Assembly (NCBI RefSeq): GCF_037042905.1
Contig: NC_087251.1
Span: 13,580,001-13,644,000 of the forward strand
Reading direction: 5' to 3'
Source: Lytechinus pictus
Lineage: Eukaryota
Length of the DNA stretch: 64,000 nt
Below are positions 37,001-49,000 of the stretch, piece after piece. Numbering within the stretch: position 1 is the stretch's first letter; every line of letters starts with the position of its first letter. Below the pieces are notes generated by a model, which was not told where the DNA came from, ran no database searches, and was given only the letters and a program-made list of their open reading frames with translations. The position numbers and the translations under genes were made by a program.

Positions 37001-40000
37001 AATATTAAAAATTTCTGAAATTTTTAACATTACAATAATGTTCGTGATTACACTTACGAATTGTGTAACTTTCTAACTTTCAGCTCTAAATTTCATGGCA
37101 TATTATAAAAATGCTTGCGCTTCGCGCTCGCATTATTCAAATGGGCCTTGTCAGATACTTAATCGAGCTTGTGAGAATAAAGCTAATATGTACTTAATAA
37201 TAAATACTTGATGAATCAATCTATTTCGGTACCCCCTGCAAAATACCAAGCCCCGCCCCTGTGCTCCTCTGCTGACAAAATCCTAGCTACGCTGCTGGTG
37301 AGTGAGCTGACTGACCAAGTCTTTTAAGCAAAAGCCTTAATTAAGGGACGAATTTGTGTTTGTTAATTAAAAAAGATGTTTAAAATTACAATATTTACAT
37401 TCAATTGAGGTTATAATAAATAAATAAATATGTATAAATATATAAATAACTAAATGACCCCCTCCCCAACAAGCTTTCTATTATTTTGCTTCTGTTGTTT
37501 TATGCCTTTTCTTGATTTTTTTTTGGGGGCAAGTTTCCCCTCCCCCTCACTTCCATGCATCTGCTTTCAAAAGGCTTATGTCAGTGTCTGTAGCTCATTT
37601 TCCCAATTTTAGAATGTAGAAGGCGTTGTTTCATGCAACTGCGGTCTCTTTGATCAGTTAATTGAACAGTTCATTATACCAGAAATTAAAATAGATCGGT
37701 CAATAACCATTTGCATGAGCTAAGAGTTTTTATCTGTGGAGAATGATGTTTGAAATACTAAAAGAGTAGGTTCTTTAAGTTCACATTTTAATTCTTAAAG
37801 CTCATTTCATCACATGTATTGCCATGTTGGGAAATGCAGTCGCACGACCATTATGACAAACAAATCTAAAGGCTAATGACCAGCGTCCAGCGCAGATATT
37901 CTAATATATAGATCGCATTTCCCAAATTGGCATTGGCAATACATACATGTAATACTGTCCGGCCCCCGTCTAAGACTACGATATATAACAGCATGGACCT
38001 ATGATAATAGCAAACGCGAAAACTGTAATGAAGCAAAATGAATTGAATGGAAATTATAACTTGCAATGCAAAAGACCAAATAACATTTATTATTCATATT
38101 TTCACATAATAATTATAGCAGCAGAACTTTGGAAACAACTTAAACTAATAATTATTCACAAAAGCGCCATTCATGTGATAATAAAATAATAAGCTCATCG
38201 AACCTAAATGATGTATAACCTTGATCATGTGAACTGAAATTTGTGCAAAATGATCCATGATACTTATACTTATACTTATACCCTTATATTCAAGTTTAAT
38301 CATGAACTGGATCAATAAAATTCAAAAGTTATGATGACATTAAGAAAAAATACCCCCATATGGCCAAAGTTCAGTGACTCTAAATGACCTTTGACCTTAA
38401 TCATGTAATCTAAAACTTGTGCAAGACGATCCGTAATACCTGAATACTGTTATAAGTGTCATTAATTTTTTATATACGTTCAAAGTTATATCGAAATTTC
38501 GAAAACGTAACCTTGGTTAAGATTTCAAGGTTGATATGACGCTGTTATATCAAAACTACCGTCGCCTCAGCCGGAAAAGTGGCTCCTTTAGTCCTGCTCT
38601 GCTATGCATGCAGGCGAGACAAAAAATAGGTATTGCCGTGGTAACGGCCATATTTTTTTAGACTTTGATAATCCAATAATTGAAGTAAAATGTAGATTGA
38701 CAGAGTAGTTTAAACATGCTAATTCGATCGTTTTATTCATACATGTATATTTTCTATGCACTAGCGTACCTACGGGGGGAGCAGAGGGGGCAGTCTGCCC
38801 CCCTGACGAGTCCCAATCCATGCAAAAGACGTATCCATGCCCCCCCCCGACGAGCTTGAAGACCCTTTTTGCCCCCCCCCCTGACGAGCTTGAAGACCTT
38901 TTTTTTTGCTTGTCAAATTTTTTGGCCGACGGTTTTGCCCCCCCCTGTGGAAAATCCTAGGTACGCTACTGTTTCTATGATTTTGGATATAGATATTCCT
39001 ACAAAATTAATGTTACCATGGTAACGGCAAATTAAATATCAGACCTATTTAAGAATATCGCCACAGGTAGATTTACGTTCAGCACCAATTAATTCGCGGA
39101 AATAGCAAGAAGATCGAACTCTACAAAAGTAAACATAATCCTATATAAGATCATGACGAGTATCGCACTGATTAATTAGTATGTGCAATATAGATGTAAT
39201 ATTGTGCGCTGTTTGTATTTTATCAGAAATGCGCATCCGATAAATGTACATTGTTATCTTTCGCATATAAATTATAACATAAAATGATATATCTTGCATC
39301 TTATTTCAACATTTGTTTTCACTATATGTGCCATGACAACAATTATTATGTATTTATTCGGTTAGCGCTAAAATTGACGAAAGTGAGATGCGGAACACAA
39401 ACGTTATACTATTGATAGTTTTCACAAACTATTATTTTTAGTAAATCACGATTTTATATTTCATATTGCCATATATGTGTGTGTAATATTCCGAATTGAA
39501 ATGCATATTTACTAGACTTATAATTTAAAACTCTGAATAAAAATAATTCCATATCAAAGATAACCAAAAATATGATGATAATCCGTCAAAATATCAAAAT
39601 GCGTGATTTTCAACAGTCTTTCAAATTTTACGCAAAAAATGATACTTTCACGCAAAAGTGCACTTGGTATACGCCCGTACGTTATTCCTCAGGATTTCCG
39701 CAAGACTTTTAGCTGGGATGCAAAGAATTGACAAATTGTGCTATCCAATTAAACACTCGCTTTAAAATGCACTTATACATGTAATTAAAAACTCGCTTTA
39801 GTATGTACTTATACATGTAATTATGTACATAATGTACGGTACTTTCAATTTTTCTTTCAAAATGCGCACCTGGTAAAATGCACATTGTCTCCTTTCGGAT
39901 AATATAAAGTGAGATATCTTCCATCTTACTTGAAAATTCTTTTAATATTTGCGACATTAGGACATTTACTATATATTTGATGGATAAACGCAGTTAAATC

Positions 40001-43000
40001 GAAGAATTTAAGCTGCGTAAAAAAACTTCAAACTATTGATAGTTTTCACAAACTTATATTTTAAGGAAATCGCGGTTTTATGTTTCCCTGTGCCATATGT
40101 GTGTGTGCAATATTCAAATTTGAAATGCATATTTATGAGACTTATAATTTGAAACTCTGAATAAAAATAATTTCATATCAAAGATAATAAAAAATATGAT
40201 GATAATCCGTCAAAATATCAAAATGCGTGATTTTCGACATTCTATCAGTTTTTACGCTAAAAATGACACGTTCACGCAAAATTGCGCTTGGCATCCGGCC
40301 GTACGCTATTCCTGGGTATTTTTGCAAGACTTTTAGCTGGGATGCCAAGCATTAACAAATTTTGCCGTCGAATCCTTATCTAGAGCACTTTTTGACTTTT
40401 GGCCGGTCTACTATTACTGAACATCCTGGTAGAGTTTCAAGTCACATGACTAAGGTCAAAGGTCATTTAGGGTCAATTAACTTTGGCAAAGTTGGGGGTA
40501 TTTGTTGAATTACCATGATAACTTCTGTCTGAACTTCCTTAGGAATCCTGATGACTCTCTTTCCATTACTGTTTTTAATTTTACTCTATAATATTCTATG
40601 AAGAAGAGTTATTAAATTAATCTTGATGACTCACTTGTATACTAAATTTTGAAAATGGATATCCTAAATCTGGATACCGGTACTGTACAAATTTAAGTAT
40701 TCTTTTTAATAAATTATTATTGATATTTTTTCTATTTTCCCTCCTTTTTATACCAATTCCTAGGCCGATATTTGCCATGCCTATCAGATCCTACACAAGC
40801 ATGGAATTCCAGATGAGCAGATTGTTGTTATGATGTATGATGATATTGCCAACAATGAAGAGTAAGAAACATTTTTTTGTTCTACCAATTGAAGAGATTG
40901 TCCTTCATGTGTGCTCTGAGGAACGTTTTTGACCAGATTTTAATTATGCCATTTATGAATAAAAGAAGTGATGGCTTATCTGTTTTGATTATCATGATTG
41001 GAGATTATCATATTTGGTGACAAGTAACATTTGTTGAAACATATACCCTACCAAGCTAACCCGTAATTCACCTTTGGATTTTTGAACGTGCCAGTATGTT
41101 AGCTTAAATCTCGTGATCAATATAATATTTTATTGAGCACAATGGGTACAATAAATGATTAGATAAATAGGTCTTGCAAACTTTACTCACGTGATAGGGA
41201 TGACAGTTCAAACACTTAATGATAGCCCTGTGTGTCCTTGTTATTCCATTAAGAGTGAAAGTGATCATATGGAGAGTTTTATTCCAAATGGAGCTAAATC
41301 CATTTTTTGAGTTTTTCTGTAAATCAAGATTTTTTTAGTTCACCCTTTTCCCTTATCCACTGCTGTTTATTTTGATAAGCTATCATCTTAGATTGATTAA
41401 ATCATGTTTTTAAAAATCTAGCATTCTTTAAGAATTTTTAGAACGTTATTTTTCATGGATTTAGCTCCTTTTGGAATAAAAAGTAATAGAATGCCCATTT
41501 TTGCCATTTTAAACATGTTTAGCATGGGAAATTAATTATATATTGTTAGCAGAGTACATTTTACATAATTTCTTATGTTTATCTATTGAAAATTTAAAAA
41601 GAAAAAGAAATTGATGTTTTTGAAATCTTTTCTAATTTTCTATGGATGGTGACTTTTCGATGTTTTTTCTAAAAGCAGCTAAATCCAAAAAATATCCATA
41701 GAAATAGTAAAATTCTGTTAATTTCATCAAAATTTGCACTGAGACGGTGTGAACTTGTTTCTACAACATGTACCTAAAAAATTGAATGCATAACTTTATG
41801 AAAAGTAGTAAAATTAACCCATTTCAAATGACCCGGTAGTAGATTTAGCTCCTTTGGGATTAAAACTGTTTTGGATTTAGCTCCTTTTGGAATAAAACTC
41901 AACTTTACACTCAATTTTTACCAACCTTCCCAATTCTTTTTTTAAATGCGATATGGTGCCTTTGATTCCCACGTCTAAGATACATATTTATAATTATATA
42001 TGAAAACAAAAATCAGTTTTGGTCAAAAGTGGATTTAGCCCCTTTTGGAATCAAGCTCTTCATATATAATTTAAATGATGAATCTTTCTTGTTTCTGAAA
42101 ATGGAATAAAACATGTCCTGATGTGTAAAAAAAATGCAAAATTAAAATTAGAAGTGATGATAACATTATATCCCATGGTGCATTTTAATAAATGATAGCA
42201 GTGTCAGTGCCTGGTGATGATGATAAATTAATACAAATGATGTCTAGCTGATTAATACTGTTTAGCTGATTTCAGTTATTTATTATTTCAAGCTCATTTT
42301 ATTTATTTTTTAATATTTTCAGCTATTTGAATTTTGTGGTCATTCACATCCTGATGATACCTAGTACATACTTACTGTAGAAGATCAGTGCATAAGAAAA
42401 TATGAAGGCTAGATTTTCAATGGTACAAAAAGCCAACTGAATGAATGAATTATCATAAGAAATGAAAGAAAAAGATGAAATTAAAATAAATAATGAAATA
42501 AAAAATATTGGAAAAAATTGAAAATTCTAATTCTAAGTAAAATATTGCATGTATGGAAAAATAAGACTGAGGCTTAAGTAATTATACTGAATTTTGGGTA
42601 AGCCTCCATGTCTCAACTGTATCAGCTTCAATTGATAACCTCTTTGCATGTACATGCATGTAGTTGTCATTGTCAGTCCAGCGTCCATTGTTTGAACAAG
42701 AAGGCGTTTCTATTGTGAATGAACTTTGCATTGCATTTTTGCAGTCACGGGATGAAAATAAAGTTAGGATTGCAAGAATGACAAAGCAGAAAGAATGCTC
42801 TAAGAATTTGATTTATGATTTAAATTCTGACTTTTTATTGGGAGCATCTAGGTACATGTATATGTTTGGAAATTTGCTATTAGGTTGTAAATGTTGCCAC
42901 GCCAGTTATCTGCACTTTTCCTTTTATTAACCTCAAATGCAAAATGATAGTTGATTTGAACCTCCATTTTTTTTAAATCCTTGAATTGATCCCAAGCTTA

Positions 43001-46000
43001 ACAATAGCTGTTTCATTTTTTTCAATTCATTATTTTTCTGCCAAGCATTATTTTACTTGGCAGCAAAAAAACAAACAAACACATATGAATGTGAAAACAG
43101 ATATTGAATTTTCTGAAAATGTTTACGAAGTACACTTTTTTGCAATTTAACTTACAATACAACTGCTGATTTGGAGGATATAAAACAAAACATAAAAAGA
43201 AAAGGATCCCCCTTTCAAAGTACCATAACCTTTTTTACAGCAAAAAGCTTGTTGACAGGGGTTTTACATACAGTATCTATGAATGAATATAGTGATCTGT
43301 CAACTTCATGCATGAGCAAGCACACAAGCAAAAATGTTGTTACTTTCCCAAAGCCACAAATTACTGATCTAGAATTTTGACAAAATAGGTGTTTATTGCA
43401 CATGTATGATAAAGCATTGTTTATTGTTATTGCTATTGCTTGACCCGTAATACTCCTCTCCTGACACTTAAATATTCTTATGGTTTAGTGAGCTAAATTA
43501 ATAAAGTTTCATCTTTTCATAACATAGAAATAGTGATATTCTTTTAGGTTATTAAAAAAATGAAATCTAATGTGTACAACCTACATCTTTTTCTCAGCAA
43601 AGCATATCTTCACATGTTGTTTGAACATCAAAGGTTGTTAGCACGTAAAAATCGAGAAATATAAAGGGAAAATAAATTTAGGCATAAGAAATTACCCTTG
43701 TGACTTTTGAAAAGTGACAATTTTGTCTTACTCAATGGACCAACTAGATTTTTTACACACAAGTTAGTCAACAAGTGTAGAAAAATAAAAACATTCAGGA
43801 CTGCCAAATTACCCGTATGTTAAAAATATTTTATCAAAGTTATGTTATTTTGAAAAAGGCAAGTTCATTTTTGTGTGTGTTTAATCATGTTGAACATTTT
43901 ACAAACAATGTTTCAAAAATGTTCTTTTCAGCTAAAATTAATGCATTTTGGTAATGCATTTGTTGCCTGGTCATTGTTTATCTAAATATGTAAAAAACAC
44001 AATGCAGTTTGAATGTATCAAAATAAATTTATATGATATTTATCCTTTGATTGCTCAGTTCGACAACATAGCCATAATAACATCACATTGTCAACTTCAG
44101 GTGAAACTAGGAAATAGTGGAGGTGACAAAACTGCTGAAATCTTACAAGTAGACATCTAGTGACTGCTTGGCAATAACTGTTTTAGAATTTTGGGCAGGT
44201 TATTTTAATACTTAGTAAAATCTATGAATCCTTACAGACACCTCCTTTAAATGCATCGTGATCAATGAGTTAAAAGTTATGGCACAAAACTTGGGTAAGA
44301 TTCTTTTTGTTTTGTTTTGAAATTTGATGAGATCTTTTTGTCATTTCTTTTAAAGAAATCCCAATAAAGGGGTAATCATAAACAAGCCAAATGGACCTAA
44401 TGTTTATCCTGGAGTACCCAAGGATTATACCGCAGAAGTAGGTATCTTTATCAACTTTTGTATTTGTATTTGTATTTTTTTTTTTTTTTTTTGGGGGGGA
44501 TGGGTAGATTTAAACCAATACATAGCTTTTCATACTCCCAGTTTGACAGCTTATTCTAGGGTCACATGTTTTTGTTTTGTTACACCCCTAAAACACAGCA
44601 AAACTTGGCAATATGCAGACATGACAGTCAAACTACTGTGTGTACATGTTTGTAGGCTGTATCTTTATACTTGAATGACTTTAATAATTTAAAAGTGAAC
44701 AATCTAACCACACCAATGAGAAACTATGATTGTGTTTAATAAATCAGCTCAAAATCTTTAAAAAAAATCAAAATGAGTTTATTTTTTCTATCACATGCTA
44801 TGATCATTAGCCTTGTAGATTAATGTAATTATGTGATTTTTATGACCAAATTCAAGGTGATAATTCACTTTAATTAGGAGACTGTGTTTTATTTCAAAGG
44901 AAACTGAGACTTTCGTTTTTCATAAGCTGTCATATTTTATGATGTTTTACATTTTATGTTGATCCAGCCTTATAAATGCAAGCACATGATTATTCACTAC
45001 CTATTTCTAAATGATGATTCTGTTCAGTTTAGAGACAGTTCATTTTTTTCAAATAAATCAATACAAATCGAAAGAAAGGTGGGACTAAAAGCTAGCTGAT
45101 CCACTTTATGACTTCCACCTTATACAGGGTTAAAATTGTTGTTAACATAAAACTATCTATTCTTTTTAAATTTTGCAATTATTATTGATCAAATCCTTGG
45201 AAATGCAAACTCGTGATTTTTTTACAACCAACTTCAATCAGGAGACAGTATTTGTTTTCCAGGCTTTTATCTTTAACAAATGGGTCATCAAACTCTAACT
45301 GAGAAGATGATGTCACTGTTGTATTAGGGCGGAAATAAAAAAGTGTACTGCATTCTGATCAAATCCTATAAACATACATACTATATGCTCTTTCATTTTT
45401 TTCATGTTCATTGATATTTAGGCCTAATGCTCTGATTTTTTTGCTATAGTTGGACAAATTGGTTGAAAAAAAAATGGTTGGAAAAACAAAAAGTAAGATT
45501 GTTGTTTGTGAGTCGATAAGAGTGTCACAAATTTATAAAAGCAGTCTGTGCTTCAACATCCAAAACGGCAAGGCCACGTTTTGTATACATGTCCTCTTAT
45601 AATCATGATACACCCATTTCTAAGTGCAATGCAAGTGACTGAAAAATTATGCCAAGTTACATGAATATTCTATTTTAAATTATCAAAGTATTTATGCCTT
45701 TATTGTGTGTTCACTGAGCATGCAAGCAAGCAAACGATCCAATGACCTTGGCAATCCCTAACAGTCAAATGGGGCGTTGCAAGAAAGTTGAGTTGCAATT
45801 GATTATATTATATGCTCTTAATTAATTCCCTCCTTTACTCTCACTTCATTTTGACTCACCAATCAAAGAGATACCATATCATTTCTTTTATTTTGATTTC
45901 ATGTTGACAAATATTTTCTTAGTGATGTATTTGTTTGGTCAATTTTTGTTGATAGGATGTAACTCCAGAGAACTTCCTGGCCTTGCTTCAAGGAGAGAAA

Positions 46001-49000
46001 CCTCAATCTTGCAACATGTGCAGTGGAAAAACTCTGAAGAGGTTAGTTGAAGTTAATGTAAAGTGATGGAATAACCATGTTAATTTTAGCTTATATTAAT
46101 TTACCCATCAAAGAAACAGAAACTCCTACCTTGTCGATAAAACATGCCTAGAATTACCCCATTTACAAACAATGCAATTCACTATTGACCTTCTAAATGC
46201 TAAAAAAAAGTCACGTTGTTATGAAAGGAATGTCCTACCATTCTGAATGAATGGAGGAACAGGGGTGAAGAAGGGTAGGAAGGGGATAATAAAGAGGGGG
46301 ATGAAGAGGGGGATGGAGAGGAGGGGGAAGGAGAGGAGGGGGTATGGTGGAGTAAAGGATGGGGATAGAGGAAGAGGAGGAAAAGGAAGAAAGGATGGGT
46401 GAGAAGAAAGAAGAGGAAGAAAAGGAAGAAAGGATGGGTGAGAAGAAAGAAGAGGAGGAAAAGGAACAAGAGGGAGCAGGAAGATGAGGAGGAGGGGGGG
46501 GGGGAGGGAGGAGCAAGGAGGGGGCAACAAGGAGAAGCTAGCATTCAGTCATAGAAGTGATAGAACTAACAAAATCATGTGCTTCAGTTTACAAAGTGAA
46601 TTTTTCAAGCTGGAGCATCTTTAAAGATTCTTTTACATTCTTTTTTTTCATTTTAGTATACTATTTACTCTCTTATCTGGTCTCTTACAAAGGATTATTA
46701 TATCATTAGCCATTCTTTGTAATCTATTTTTTTGTTTACAGTGACAGCAATGATCATCTCTTTGTTTATTTTGCTGACCACGGGGGAACAGATCTGATTG
46801 CCTTCCCTGATGGAGAGGTGAGCATTTATATCAATGTGAAAATCAACAAAATTATTCTTGATGTGACGGAGGAACAAATGAAATTGAATTGGCTTGTCCA
46901 CATCAGCCCAAGCTTTCAAATTATCCCACTGTTAAACCAGCAAACTATCCCAATCAGAAGACCTTTAAAACTATTTGTAATTTGAAGACTCTATTAGTAG
47001 GCTATTTGTGGGTTTTTATCTCCAGATTACAATCCTGAGTCAACTCAAATTTGTAAAATACATGTAGCAGATAAGGTTCTTGAGATTGAGCAGTCTTGGT
47101 CATGGTCGCATGATTTTGTTTAGAATTTCATATTTGTTGAGTTAGATATCATGGGTAAGTCGTCAACATTCCTTTGCAGAAAAATAAGGAAGAAAACAAA
47201 TCTTTATTTTTCATAATGTGCATGCATACAGTATGTGTAAAGGATAATTATGACCCACGTGTGTTTATAGGGCTTTGGAACAGCTTATTATGAACATTTG
47301 GAAATTATATTTTTTGAAATATATATTTTTTTTTCAATTTTTCATTTTTTTCATTCATTTTATTGTCTCACCTGCATAGCAGAGTGAGACTATAGGCGCC
47401 GCTTTTCCGACGGCGGCGGCGACGGCGGCGGCGTCAACACCAAATCTTAACCTGAGGTTAAGTTTTCGAAATGACAGCATAACTTAGAAAGTATATGGAC
47501 CTAGTTCATGAAACTTGGCCATAAGGTTAATCAAGTATTACTGAACATCCTGCCTGAGTTTCATGTCACATGACCAAGGTCAAAGGTCATTTAGGGTCAA
47601 TGAACTTAGACCATGTTGGGGGAATCAACATCAAAATCTTAACCTAAGGTTAAGTTTTTGAAATGTCATCATAACTTAGAAAATATATGGACCTAGTTCA
47701 TGAAACTTATACATAAGGTTAATCAAGTATCACTGAACATCCTGGAAGAGTTTCAAGTCACATGACTAAGGTCAAAGGTCATTTAGGGTCAATGAACTTT
47801 GGCCGAATTGGGGGTATCTGTTGAATTACCATCATAACTTTGAAAGTTTATGGATCTGATTCATGAAACTTGGACATAATAGTAATCAAGTATTACTGAA
47901 CATCCTGTGCAAGTTTCAGGTCACATGATCAAGGTCAAAGGTCATTTAGGGTCAATGAACTTTGGCCAAATTGGGGGAATTTGTTGAATTACAGCCATAA
48001 ATTTGAAAGTGTGTTGGTCTAGTTCATAAAACTTGGACATAATAGTAATCAAGTATCACTGAACATCCTGTGCGAGTTTCAGGTCACATGATCAAGGTCA
48101 AAGGTCATGTAAGGTCAAAGAACTTTGGCCACGTTGGGGGTATTTGTTGAATTGCCATCATATCTCTATAAGTGTATTGGTCTAGTTCATAAAACGTGGA
48201 AATAAGAGTAACCAAGTATCACTGAACATCTTGTGCGAGTTATAGTAGTTTTCAAAATCAGCACTGCTGCTATATTGAATCGCGTGATGCAGGTGAGACG
48301 GCCAGAGGCATTCCACTTGTTTCTTACTATGTTCATTTAATTATTGTTGTTTTTATTTTTTATTTATTTGTTTATTTATGTATGTATTTGTTTGTTCATG
48401 TTAATATTTATTTATCCATTTTTTTTGGGGGGGTAGGGACATATTTAAGAAGTTTGGGATTAAAAAACAAGTTGTATACCGTATATTCCTTTGTTCCCAA
48501 TAAAGTTTAAAATACTGGTACTGTGGTTTCTTAATGCTTTTTTTTTCTTCAAAAAATCCATGTCAATTAGAATTTTAGAATGCATCATTCAAAATAATAA
48601 ACCACTATATTATACAAATTTATTTAAAAGTTATTATTACTTTCATTTTCTTTTAGTTGGAAAAGAACGACCTGATGAATGCCCTGAAGAAGATGCATAG
48701 ACAACAGAAGTTCGGAAAGGTATGTATGATATATACAGTGGTGCTCAAATATTTATTGAACCCCACCAAAAAATGAATATATTTATAATGTTCAAGTTCT
48801 ACCATGTTGAAGTCAGGTGATAAAATATTACATTCAATAAAGTTTGTTTCTCTGGGCTTGCCAGACATCGGTGTGTTGTTCAGTGTTTACATTCAACACT
48901 CAGCATGAAGGAGTGCATTATGTGTAAGGGTTTCACTATTTTTTTAGCACAACTGTATGTTAAACTTACAGGAAAAAAATGAATAAATTGTTAAAATTAT

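Larger units (their letters stand above)
34603..40413. mobile_element. 5.8-kb non-autonomous DNA transposon with ~1-kb TIRs (Academ-like termini)
   Basis: Termini TAGTAGACCGGCCAAAA / TTTTGGCCGGTCTACTA; 3-bp TSD TTA (34600-34602, 40414-40416); inverted arms 34603-35605 and 39408-40413; no long ORF inside. Superfamily inferred from TAG..CTA ends plus the 3-bp TSD. Confidence 0.8.
32979..40525 (+). mobile_element. HINE copy split into three pieces (32979-33006, 34360-34602, 40414-~40525) by two later insertions
   Basis: The pieces rejoin to the family sequence: ..GAGACTA|TAGG.. and ..AAATATTA|CTGAACATCCTG.. Confidence 0.85.

Noticed and set aside
35021..39957. Similar short ORFs at 35021 (+) and 39709 (-) as a transposase or duplicated gene
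   Set aside because: They are the two arms of the inverted repeat; no recognisable domain.
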